From: Thermoanaerobaculia bacterium
Lineage (GTDB): Bacteria > Acidobacteriota > Thermoanaerobaculia > Multivoradales > Multivoraceae
Assembly: GCA_963666565.1 (NCBI GenBank)
Contig: OY762911.1
Span: 1,664,001-1,728,000, forward strand
Length of the DNA stretch: 64,000 bases
Reading direction: 5' to 3'
The notes below the pieces were generated by a model. The model worked only from the letters and a program-made list of their open reading frames with translations, ran no database searches and was not told where the DNA came from. A program made the translations under genes and the position numbers. This document shows, piece by piece, positions 31,814 through 40,896 of this stretch (position 1 is its first letter; each line of letters starts with the position of its first letter).

Positions 31814-33738
31814 CGAACAAAGGCGAACAGCTCACCTTTCCGATCATCGATACGAAGATGACGGTTGAGGCGATGCGCGACAGTGGCTACAAGTCCACGA
31901 CGCATGCCTTGGCTGAGTTGATCGACAACGCGATAGAGGCCGACGCCACGTCGATAGAGATCTTCGGCCTAAGCCGCCGGGATCAGAGAACGAACAGATC
32001 CACGTTGAAGGAGCTCGCGGTCCTTGACAATGGGCATGGCATGGATGGGCTCACCCTTAGGGGAAGCCTCCGATATGGGCACGGTACACGCCGTGCGAGA
32101 CGGGGAATCGGCCGCTTTGGCCTCGGACTGCCTAACTCGTCCTTGTCGCAGGCCAGGCGAGTCGAGGTCTGGTCTTGGCAGGCTGGTGCGTCCAACGCTC
32201 TCCACACATGGCTGGCGATAGAGGACGTGGAAGGCGGAGCGACGGAGATTCCGGAGCCGCGACTTCAAGCTCCACCGGCTGTGTATCTGGAGGCGAGCCG
32301 GGTGCCCTTCTCCGAGTCCGGGACGCTGGTCGTTTGGAGGGAGTTGGACCGGGTCCAGTGGAAGAGCGCCGGTACTACCTTTAGTCATACGGAGTCGCTG
32401 CTGGGGCGGATCTACCGTCGCTTTCTCGCATCGCCGACTGACCGCCTGCATGCGGAGGACCAACGAGGCAGGGACATTGGTGCGCAACGCCGCATCGTCT
32501 GCATTCCCGTTGAAGAGGAAGCGGACGGGCTGAACGTCCGTGAGGACGCGATCGTGGAGGTGCGACCAAACGATCCGCTCTACCTGATGGCCGGCACGTC
32601 GTGCCCTGAGCATTTCGGCGAAGGTCGGATGTTCGTGGAGCTCGAGTCCAGCCCCTTCTCGGTGCCGGTGCAGGTAGGCGACGAGACGCATGAGGTTCGA
32701 GTGCGCGCGAGCTATGCCCGACCGCAGGTGCGCGACTCTGCCCACCCGGAGGCTGATTGGCCGGCCCGCTGGAGAGGTTCGGACGCTGGCCATACGGAAT
32801 GGGGCAAACACGCCGACTCGAATCGGGGTGTCTCCTTGGTACGGGCCCATCGAGAGCTGCAGTTGGATGCTTCCTGGTTGAGCGGTGACGATCCGAGGGA
32901 GAGATGGTGGACGGTCGAGATCGACTTTCCCACAGCGTTGGACGACGTGTTCGGCGTCACGAACAACAAACAGGGCGCCACGATTTTCCGGCGGCTCGCG
33001 CAGTACGACTACAGGCGGGACGCTCTTCCCGGTGAGAGCGTGGGCGACGTTCGTCGGCGGATGCAGGCCGATGGCGACACTCGCGTGTTTCTGCTTGACC
33101 TTCAGAAGCAGGTCAGGAACTGCATCAAGGCGATGCGCCCTCGCGTGAAGCAGGCGCGCAAGCGTAGGCACGACCAACGATCCAGTGAAGACGAACGGGC
33201 CGACGCGAAGGCCACGGTCGTGATCGAGCGCAGGGCCGAGGAAGGACACAAGGGGCGCTCTGATCAAGAGGGCGAGTCCACGAACGAGCAGGAGAAGAAG
33301 GAGAGGCAGCTTCAGTCCCTGGTCGAGAAACACCGCCTTGACCGGCCCGACGCCTTGCGGAGGATCGATGAGACGATCCGCGCCGGCAGCAGGGTCCGTT
33401 GGATACAGTCCGCCCAATCGAGCCCGGCCTTTTTCGACGTCGAGTCTCTCCCTAACGTGATTCAGGTCGCTCTCAACACGGATCATCCCGTGCACTCGGA
33501 TCTCTATGAGGTGATGCATCCGGATGTCGAGGATCTGAGCGAGCAGGAGGTTCGGGATCGCCTCGACAAGGCGGCGGCGGCTTTTCGTCTTCTTATCTAC
33601 TCTTGGGCGCGATTCGAGGAGGAGCAGACTACGCGGGACCGCAAGAACCTCCGCAACGCTCGCTACGAATGGGGGAAGTACGCTGAAGAGTTCTTCGACG
33701 AAGACGACGACTCGGTCATTGCCACGGACTTGGTCTGA
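31810..33738 (+). CDS. GHKL ATPase, prokaryotic MORC/MutL-like
   Basis: MRDSGY...ALAELIDNAIEA, DNGHGM, GIGRFGLGL, GTLVVW, FGVTNNKQ; ATGA coupled to helicase. Confidence 0.85.
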   Translation: MTNKGEQLTFPIIDTKMTVEAMRDSGYKSTTHALAELIDNAIEADATSIEIFGLSRRDQRTNRSTLKELAVLDNGHGMDGLTLRGSLRYGHGTRRARRGIGRFGLGLPNSSLSQARRVEVWSWQAGASNALHTWLAIEDVEGGATEIPEPRLQAPPAVYLEASRVPFSESGTLVVWRELDRVQWKSAGTTFSHTESLLGRIYRRFLASPTDRLHAEDQRGRDIGAQRRIVCIPVEEEADGLNVREDAIVEVRPNDPLYLMAGTSCPEHFGEGRMFVELESSPFSVPVQVGDETHEVRVRASYARPQVRDSAHPEADWPARWRGSDAGHTEWGKHADSNRGVSLVRAHRELQLDASWLSGDDPRERWWTVEIDFPTALDDVFGVTNNKQGATIFRRLAQYDYRRDALPGESVGDVRRRMQADGDTRVFLLDLQKQVRNCIKAMRPRVKQARKRRHDQRSSEDERADAKATVVIERRAEEGHKGRSDQEGESTNEQEKKERQLQSLVEKHRLDRPDALRRIDETIRAGSRVRWIQSAQSSPAFFDVESLPNVIQVALNTDHPVHSDLYEVMHPDVEDLSEQEVRDRLDKAAAAFRLLIYSWARFEEEQTTRDRKNLRNARYEWGKYAEEFFDEDDDSVIATDLV

Positions 33739-33741
33739 CCG

Positions 33742-34665
33742 ATGGCGGCGACGGTGCTTGCGACGGAAGGCGAACGGATTCGCGCTCTCTTTGCGGAGGA
33801 GAAGAGCAGTGTAGGCATTGTAGCTCCCTTCGTCAAGGTAGATGCCCTACGATCGTTGCTCGACGTGCTGGACGATGGCGTCCCGGTCAGATGCATCACG
33901 AGATGGCGCCCGCGGGAAGTGGCTGCAGGCGTGTCGGATCCAGAGATTCTGGAAGTACTCGATGACCGGGGGAACTCGACGGTCTCGATAGTGGATGAAC
34001 TCCACGCGAAACTCTACTTCGCCGGGGACAGATGCCTCGCAGGTTCGGCCAACGTCACGAGAGCAGGCTTCGGCGAGAGTACCGGCGGTGGGAACATCGA
34101 GGTTCTCGTCGAAACATCGATGACTGATCCTTCTGTGGCGGCCACTCTGGCGAGGATCGGCGAGCTCGAGAGGCCCGTGTCCAGGAGCATGGCGGATGCG
34201 GTGCGGCGTTTGGCCGACATTCTGGTGACATCGCCCCGACCGGTAGCGGACATGGAGGCACGTTGGTTGCCGCTGAGCAGAAGACCCGAGCAGGCGTACC
34301 GGCAGTACTCCACCCCCTCCGCGGCCTTTGTGTCAAGTGCAGATCGATTGCTTCTTGAGGATGTAGCGATGGCGGATGTTCCGGCTGGTCTTGCCGAGCA
34401 GGAGTTCAGGGAGTCCATTCGTGGCGTGCTCGCGGAGACGCCTCTCGGTGCATCGTTGTTGGGACGGGAGGAAGACGTGGTAGTGACGCGCGGGGAGCTA
34501 GGTGAGGAGCTTCGGGAATCGGCGAGGCAGGCAGGGGGTGGCTTTACGGAGGAGGATGTTTGGCGCGGTCTCGTGGAGTGGATGACGCACTTCTTTCCGG
34601 AGAAGCTGATGAAGCAGGAAGTGGCCGAGATCGCTCTGCGCCGCGCTCGGGTACTCGATCACTGA
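33742..34665 (+). CDS. Phospholipase D-family (single HKD) putative nuclease
   Basis: APFVK, LHAKLYFAGD...GSANVT motif, GNIE. Confidence 0.82.
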   Translation: MAATVLATEGERIRALFAEEKSSVGIVAPFVKVDALRSLLDVLDDGVPVRCITRWRPREVAAGVSDPEILEVLDDRGNSTVSIVDELHAKLYFAGDRCLAGSANVTRAGFGESTGGGNIEVLVETSMTDPSVAATLARIGELERPVSRSMADAVRRLADILVTSPRPVADMEARWLPLSRRPEQAYRQYSTPSAAFVSSADRLLLEDVAMADVPAGLAEQEFRESIRGVLAETPLGASLLGREEDVVVTRGELGEELRESARQAGGGFTEEDVWRGLVEWMTHFFPEKLMKQEVAEIALRRARVLDH

Positions 34666-34900
34666 GTCCCCTGCGCTCCGCGTTGTTCTCACCGCTTCGT
34701 GGCTCTTCAGGTAGGCCACAGCGCGCAGGAACCGCATGCTCCGTTACTCGCGCTCTGGAGTGGAGCGCAATGCCGCCACCGTCAAGCGGCCTCTGCGCCG
34801 GGTCGGCAAGGGACGGGAAGCACACGCGATGCTGGGGATTGCAGCCCTGTGCACTGACCAGCGTGTCAGAAGACCCGCGCACCCAGCGCTGGCGCCCGGA

Positions 34901-35854
34901 TCAGAACCGGTACCGCAACCCCGCCGACACGCCTACGTACCCGATCCCTCCGAACTCCAGGTCGCTCGTGAAGGGCGTCGTGCCGTCCGCCTGGACGGGC
35001 ACGTGGCTGCGGATCAGGGTCCAGCCGGCGCTTCCGGTGAGGTCGGCGAACCGGGTCCAGCGGGCCTTGATGGTGAAGGACGTCCGGTCTCCCAGGGCGT
35101 GGTCGAGGCCGGCGAGGATCTGGTAGCCGAAGACACTCTCGCGAAACTCGCTGTCGAACAGGCTGAGACTGCCGGCCGCGGCGGCGGGGCGGTCCGCCAG
35201 GGTCAGCGGCGGCGCCACGTCCTGGTAGCCCTCGGCGAGCGTCTTGCGGACCAGTCGCGCCCCGTAGCGGAGGTTCGTGCGCGCCCAGCCGGCGCCGATG
35301 CCCAGGTACGGGGTCCACGACGAGTCGTTCTCGAAGTCCCAGTACGCGTTGACGAAGAACTCCCGGCTGCTGAAGTCGGAGACGCTTTCGGTGGGCGGGT
35401 CGACCGGGCTCCACTCGTTGCCCTTGCCGGCGAGGGCCACGTTGCCGCTTGCGGTGCGAAGCGGCACGATCTGTCCGCCCTGGTGGCGGCTCAGATGCTC
35501 GAGTTCCAGACGGAGCTTGCCCAGGTCGTAGCCGATGCTGACGCCACCGGCGAACTTCGCGCCCAGATCGAAGCTGTTGTCGAAGAGCGGCCTGCTCGTG
35601 TTGTCCCGGCACGCGGCGTCGGTCGAGGGCGCCATGCGGGGGTCGGGGTACAGGAGCGCGTCGCACTTCGTCGGGTGGTTGACGGCGGTCAATACCGATT
35701 CGAGCGTCGCGGCGTCCGCCACGCCGGTTTCGAAGCCCACGTAGAAGCCGCGGTCGCGATCGTCGGCGCCGGCCTGGACGGGAATGGCGAGGAGGCAGAG
35801 AGCGAGGGCCGGAAACAGGACTCCCGGGCTGGACTGCGCGAGGGGCGTCTTCAT
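34901..35854 (-). CDS. Outer-membrane beta-barrel protein (opacity/porin-like)
   Basis: Signal peptide, GFYVG, NAYWDF...TPYLGIGAG, YQILAG, C-terminal GLRYRF. Confidence 0.82.
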   Translation of the reverse strand: MKTPLAQSSPGVLFPALALCLLAIPVQAGADDRDRGFYVGFETGVADAATLESVLTAVNHPTKCDALLYPDPRMAPSTDAACRDNTSRPLFDNSFDLGAKFAGGVSIGYDLGKLRLELEHLSRHQGGQIVPLRTASGNVALAGKGNEWSPVDPPTESVSDFSSREFFVNAYWDFENDSSWTPYLGIGAGWARTNLRYGARLVRKTLAEGYQDVAPPLTLADRPAAAAGSLSLFDSEFRESVFGYQILAGLDHALGDRTSFTIKARWTRFADLTGSAGWTLIRSHVPVQADGTTPFTSDLEFGGIGYVGVSAGLRYRF

Positions 35855-35986
35855 CGGCGGACTCCTTGACGGCCATCGGCTGGCCGCGTGACGGTGGGAT
35901 CGGCTCGGCCGTTCCCGATTTGCGACGGCGCTGGGCGTGTCGGCGAAACGGCCGTTGCTGGTCGGCATCGAGCCTATTCCGTGCCG

Positions 35987-36718
35987 TTACGGGCGCCTGC
36001 AGACGAACAGTTCGTACTCGCCGGGTTCCATCTCCGAGTGGTCGCAGGGCACCGCTTCGGCTTCGAACCCCGCGTCGGCGAGCAAGCCGAGCCAGTCGCC
36101 GCGCCGGAACAGGCCGGTCACGTGCCGGTCGTGCACCACCTCGACGCTGCCGTCCGCGTCGCGCAGCAGGAAGGCGTAGTCGGTCGTGATCGTCGTGTCC
36201 TCGGGGTCGGGATCCCAGCAACGCTCCAGGTAGTGGGCGCTCCGGTCGCCGCCGTCGCAGCCGCCGCAGTCGGTCCTGGGCTGGAAGTTCTCGCGCAGGT
36301 GATCCGGCGCGAACAGTGCGGCGCCGCCGGGCCGGCAGTGGACCCGGGCGGTCTCGACGGCGGCGCGCAGGTCGTCGAGCGTCGTCATGTAGTCGATCGC
36401 GTCGTGGATGAAGACGCAGTCGAACGTCCGGTCGAGCCGGACGGTCCGCATGTCGCCCTCGACGTGGCGGCACTCGGGGTTGAGGTTCCGGCTCATCGCC
36501 AGCATTCCGGGCGACAGGTCGACCAGGGTCATCTCGAAACGCGCCTTGAGGTGGGATGCGTTGTGGCCGCCGCCGCTGCCGAGTTCGAGCATGGTCCGCG
36601 CCGGGCCGTTGCAGGCTTGGAGGAGGCGCCGCAGGTAGATCCCGGCTTCCTCCTCGTACTCCGCGGGGGGCGAGATGAGCGGCCACCAGGGCGCGATCTC
36701 GGCGTAGAGCTTGGGCAT
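35987..36718 (-). CDS. Class I SAM-dependent methyltransferase
   Basis: MLELGSGGG, VDLSPGML, GDMR..RL.RTFD. Confidence 0.88.
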   Translation of the reverse strand: MPKLYAEIAPWWPLISPPAEYEEEAGIYLRRLLQACNGPARTMLELGSGGGHNASHLKARFEMTLVDLSPGMLAMSRNLNPECRHVEGDMRTVRLDRTFDCVFIHDAIDYMTTLDDLRAAVETARVHCRPGGAALFAPDHLRENFQPRTDCGGCDGGDRSAHYLERCWDPDPEDTTITTDYAFLLRDADGSVEVVHDRHVTGLFRRGDWLGLLADAGFEAEAVPCDHSEMEPGEYELFVCRRP

Positions 36719-36818
36719 GGCGGAGTGGAGGATACGGGCTCGCCGCTTCGCGGCGTCGCCCGGATGCGGGTCGGAAGACCCGCGCACCCGGCGGTTGGAA
36801 GACCCGCGCACCCAGCGA

Positions 36819-38630
36819 TCAGAACGCCTCGCTCCAGGGGCGGCTCAGCCGGAGCGCGGAGTTGATCAGGCCGACCATGGAGTAGGTCTGGGGAAAGTTG
36901 CCCCAGAGTTCGCCGGTCGCGGGGTCGAGGTCTTCGGAGAGCAGCCCTACCGGGTTGCGGCGTTCGAGCATTCGCTCGAAGAGGTCGCGGGCCTCCTCGC
37001 GGCGGCCGAGGGCGTTGATCGCGTCGATGTACCAGAAGCTGCAGACGGCGAAGGAGGTGGCCGGGGCGCCGAAGTCGTCTTCCCGGTAGCGGAAGAAGTT
37101 GCTGCCGCTCCGCAGCGGTTCGAGGGAATCGACGGTGGCGGCGAAGCGGGGGTCGGCGGCGTCGAGGAAACCCAGGTCGTGGAGCAGCAGCAGGCTGGCG
37201 TCGATGCCTTCGCCGTCCAGCGTGGCGGCCAGGCCGCCGGCGCCGGTCTCGGCGTTCTCCAGGACATGCTCCCGGATCGCGGCGGCGCGGCCCGTCCAGT
37301 GCCTCTCCCGGTCGGCCAGGCCGAGCGCCGTCGCGATGCGCGCCAAGCGGTCGCAGGCGGCCCAGCACATGACGCTCGAGAACGTGTGGACGGCGCTCCG
37401 CTGCCGGAACTCCCAGAGGCCGGCGTCGGGCCGGTCGAAGAGGGCCGCGGCCTGGTCGCCGAGCTGCTCCAGCCAGCCGAACACGCGCCGGCTGCCGGGC
37501 ACGACGAGCCGCCGGTCGAAGAAGCTCTGGGTGACGGCCAGGATCGCGCTGCCGTAGTTGTCGTTCTGGAGCTGGCGCCAGGCGTCGTTGCCTACCCGCA
37601 CCGGCCCCATCCCGCGGTAGCCGGGCAGGCTGTCGACGGTGCGTTCCGTAATCTCCCGCTCGAACTTGATCCCGTAGACCGGCTGCAGCACGCCGCCCTC
37701 GGCCGCCGCGGCGAGGTTCGTGATGTAGCCGAGGTAGCCCTCCATCGTGCGGGTGGCGCCCAGCCGGTTGAGCGCCTGGACGACGAAGTGGGAGTCCCGC
37801 AGCCAGCAGAAGCGGTAGTCCCAGTTGCGGCCGCTGTCGGGCGCTTCGGGGATCGACGTGGTCATCGCCGCCAGCACCGCCCCGGTCTCCTCGAAGCTGC
37901 AGAGCTGCAGAGTGATCGCGGCCCGGATCACCGCCTCCTGCCACTCGAACGGCACGGCCAGGTGGCGCACGAACTCGCGCCACCAGGTCTCCGTCCGGCT
38001 GCGGAACTCGCGCGCCACGGAGTCGACCGGCTCGGTCAGGCTCTCGTCCGGGCCGAGCAGCAGGGTCAGCTGCTGCTCCAGGACGAAGGCGATCTCGTCC
38101 GTGATCAGCGAGACCGGCGCATCGGTGGTCAGCCGCAGGGTCAGGTCCGGGCCGACGTAGCGGACGTGGTTGCTGCCGCGGGTCACCTCCGGGCGGCGCG
38201 CACCGTAGTCGAACCGCGGCCGCAGCCGGATGCGGATGCGGGGTTCGCCGGCGACGCGTTCGACGGTGCGGACGATCGTCGTGGGCCGGAAGGAGCGGCC
38301 GAACTGTTCGAACCGGGGCGCGAAGTCGGTGATGCGGACCGCGGCGCCGGCATCGTCGCGGAGCGTCGTCACCAGGATCGCGGTGTTCTCGATGTAGTGC
38401 TGTTCGCTCTCGCGGAATCCCTCGATCACGACGTCGAAGAAGCCGCCGGCCTCGGGATCGCGGGCGCCGTCGTCGCTTCCGTTGCCGCCCAGCAGTGAGT
38501 GGAAGACGGGGTCGCCGTCGAAGTGGGGCAGGCAGGCCCAGCAGATCCGGCCGCGCGGGTCGATCAGCGCCCCGAAGCCGCAGTTCCCGATCACGCCCCC
38601 ATCGAGCGGCCGCACTTCCTCACTCGTCAC
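36819..38630 (-). CDS. Glycoside hydrolase family 15 (trehalase/glucoamylase-like)
   Basis: TTSIPE, RNWDYRFCWLRD, DAGLWEFR, GLLSED, GNFPQTYS. Confidence 0.92.
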   Translation of the reverse strand: MTSEEVRPLDGGVIGNCGFGALIDPRGRICWACLPHFDGDPVFHSLLGGNGSDDGARDPEAGGFFDVVIEGFRESEQHYIENTAILVTTLRDDAGAAVRITDFAPRFEQFGRSFRPTTIVRTVERVAGEPRIRIRLRPRFDYGARRPEVTRGSNHVRYVGPDLTLRLTTDAPVSLITDEIAFVLEQQLTLLLGPDESLTEPVDSVAREFRSRTETWWREFVRHLAVPFEWQEAVIRAAITLQLCSFEETGAVLAAMTTSIPEAPDSGRNWDYRFCWLRDSHFVVQALNRLGATRTMEGYLGYITNLAAAAEGGVLQPVYGIKFEREITERTVDSLPGYRGMGPVRVGNDAWRQLQNDNYGSAILAVTQSFFDRRLVVPGSRRVFGWLEQLGDQAAALFDRPDAGLWEFRQRSAVHTFSSVMCWAACDRLARIATALGLADRERHWTGRAAAIREHVLENAETGAGGLAATLDGEGIDASLLLLHDLGFLDAADPRFAATVDSLEPLRSGSNFFRYREDDFGAPATSFAVCSFWYIDAINALGRREEARDLFERMLERRNPVGLLSEDLDPATGELWGNFPQTYSMVGLINSALRLSRPWSEAF

Positions 38631-39430
38631 GGCTTCTCCAGACCGTCGCACAGCGCCTCCAGCCACCGGTGCAGCTCCGGCACGCCGCTCAGCCCGTACC
38701 GGGCGTTGCTGGTCCGGCCGGCTTCGGCCGCCAGGCCGACGACGATCGCCGCGCCGCCGGCGTTCTGGGCGGCCTCGAACCCTTCCTCGTCGGTGATGTC
38801 GTCGCCGACGAACACCGGCGCCCGTCCCCGGAAGGGCGCCTCGGCCATGAAGTCCTCCACCACGGTGCGCTTGTTCGGGCGGTGAGGCTTCAGTTCCAGC
38901 ACCATCTTGCCCTCCTGGACCCGGTAGGCGGAACCGAGCGCGGCCCGCACCCGCTCCATTTCTTCGCGAGCGGCGGCCTTGGCGCCGGCGGCCCGCCGGT
39001 AGTGGAGCGCCAGGGTCGCCGACTTGTCTTCGAGCAGCGTTCCGGGGTGTTCCGCCACGAAGCGCTCCAGTTCTCGGCGCGCCGGATCGAGAACCGCCGA
39101 GCCGTCGCTCCGGCTCACCTCGCCGGCCGCCGACCGCCGCTCCAGGCCGTGCAGCCCGGCCGCCGGCAACTCAAGCGGCTCGAAGAAACCGTCGAGGACC
39201 GCGAGCGACCGCCCGCTCGCCAGCGCCAACGCGCCGCCGAGGCTCTCCCTCAGCCGGGCCAGCAGGTTGCCGACGCCCTCGTCGACGCGAACCGCGTCGG
39301 GCGCCTCCGCGATCTCGATCAGCGTGCCATCGACATCCAGGAACAGCGCCCAGGACGACGGCGGGGGCGCGCCGGACCCGGCTTTCAGCAAGTCCCAGGC
39401 CGCGTGTGGAGGATGCGCTTTCTGGTTCAC
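38627..39430 (-). CDS. otsB: Trehalose-6-phosphate phosphatase
   Basis: FLDVDGTL, SGR, GLHGLE, GKMVLE, VGDDITDEEGF HAD motifs; start approximate. Confidence 0.92.
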   Translation of the reverse strand: MNQKAHPPHAAWDLLKAGSGAPPPSSWALFLDVDGTLIEIAEAPDAVRVDEGVGNLLARLRESLGGALALASGRSLAVLDGFFEPLELPAAGLHGLERRSAAGEVSRSDGSAVLDPARRELERFVAEHPGTLLEDKSATLALHYRRAAGAKAAAREEMERVRAALGSAYRVQEGKMVLELKPHRPNKRTVVEDFMAEAPFRGRAPVFVGDDITDEEGFEAAQNAGGAAIVVGLAAEAGRTSNARYGLSGVPELHRWLEALCDGLEKP

Positions 39431-39470
39431 ACGGGCCGACCTCCGACGATCCCTTACGATACAGAAACCG

Positions 39471-40868
39471 ATGGCTCCCCAACCCCGGCCGGCGGCGCGG
39501 CAGTCCGAACTCGTCATCGTGGCGAACACGCTGCCCGTGCGCCGCGAGGAGGTGGACGGCGAACCGGGCTGGGTGCAGAGCCCGGGCGGCCTGGTCAGCG
39601 CGTTGTCGCCGATCGTCCGCGAGGCGGGCGGTTGCTGGGTCGGCTGGACCGGCGGCGCCGACGACGCGCCCGAGCCGTTCCGCCACGAGGGCATCCTGAA
39701 CGTGCCGGTGCCGCTGTCGGCCGCCGAGGTCGCCGGCTCCTACCAGGGGATGTGCAACTCCACCCTGTGGCCGCTCTACCACGACGCGGTACGTCCGCCC
39801 GAGTACCACCGGCACTGGTGGAACCCCTACGTCGAGGTCAACCGGCGCTTCGCCGAAGAGGCGGCGCGACGTACCGCGCCCGGCGGCAGGGTGTGGATCC
39901 AGGACTACCACCTGCAACTCGTGCCGCGCATGCTGCGCGAACTCCGGCCGGACATCAGCTCCGGTTTCTTCCTCCACATTCCGTTCCCGCCGATCGAACT
40001 GTTCCTGCGCCTTCCCTGGCGGCGCGCCTTGCTCGAGGGGCTGCTCGGCGCGGACGTCGTCGGCTTCCAGACCCAGGCCGGCGCCGACAACTTCACGCGG
40101 CTCGCGGACCGGCTGATCGAGGCCGAGCCGCGGGGCGAGACGATCCGCTACCAGGGGCGCGACATCCGGGTCGGCGCGTTCCCCATCTCCATCGACACGG
40201 ACCGCTACGCGAACGCGGCGCTGTCGCCCGGGATCCGCGAGCGCGCCGAGGAACTCCAGCAGCTTCGCCGCGGCCGGAAGATCATCCTCTCCGTCGACCG
40301 CCTGGACTACACGAAGGGCATCGACCTGCGGCTCAAGGCGTTCCTCGAATGGCTGGGGCGCGAGAACCGGTCGATCCGCGACGCGGTGATGGTCCAGGTC
40401 GCCGTGCCGAGCCGGGAGCGCATCTCGGAGTACCGGATCCTGCGCCGCGACGTCGAGGAGCTCGTCGGCCAGATCAACGGGAAGTACGGCGAACTCGGCG
40501 TCGTGCCGGTGCAGTACTTCCGGCGCAACTTGCCGTTCGAGGAACTGATCGCCTTCTACCTCGTGGCCGACGTGATGCTGGTGACGCCGCTCTGCGACGG
40601 CATGAACCTGGTCGCCAAGGAGTACGTCGCCACCCGGCTCGAGGACGACGGCGTGCTCGTGCTGAGCGAGTTCGCGGGCGCGGCCGACGAGCTGCCGGAC
40701 GCCCTGCTCGTGAACCCCCACGACGTGAACGCGATGGCCGCGACCATCGAGCGGGCGATTACGCTCGATCCGGGCGACGGAGCGCGCCGGATGAAGGCCA
40801 TGCGCGAGGTGGTGCGGCGGCACTCCGTCCACGAATGGGCGGCGCAGTTCATCGAGGCCCTGGCCTGA
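39471..40868 (+). CDS. otsA: Trehalose-6-phosphate synthase
   Basis: SPGGLV, LWPLYH, WIQDYHL, FFLHIPFP, VDRLDYTKG, DGMNLVAKEY, SEFAGAA. Confidence 0.95.
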   Translation: MAPQPRPAARQSELVIVANTLPVRREEVDGEPGWVQSPGGLVSALSPIVREAGGCWVGWTGGADDAPEPFRHEGILNVPVPLSAAEVAGSYQGMCNSTLWPLYHDAVRPPEYHRHWWNPYVEVNRRFAEEAARRTAPGGRVWIQDYHLQLVPRMLRELRPDISSGFFLHIPFPPIELFLRLPWRRALLEGLLGADVVGFQTQAGADNFTRLADRLIEAEPRGETIRYQGRDIRVGAFPISIDTDRYANAALSPGIRERAEELQQLRRGRKIILSVDRLDYTKGIDLRLKAFLEWLGRENRSIRDAVMVQVAVPSRERISEYRILRRDVEELVGQINGKYGELGVVPVQYFRRNLPFEELIAFYLVADVMLVTPLCDGMNLVAKEYVATRLEDDGVLVLSEFAGAADELPDALLVNPHDVNAMAATIERAITLDPGDGARRMKAMREVVRRHSVHEWAAQFIEALA

Positions 40869-40896
40869 CGCGAATGAAGCGGCGGAGCGTACGACC

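Noticed and set aside
34666-34868. Possible structured RNA or element remnant after the PLD gene
   Set aside because: No clear terminal repeats or recognisable RNA motif by eye.
35855-35986. Riboswitch upstream of the beta-barrel gene, or cobalamin riboswitch before the dehalogenase
   Set aside because: No conserved riboswitch motifs seen here, and the gap before the dehalogenase is only 28 bp.
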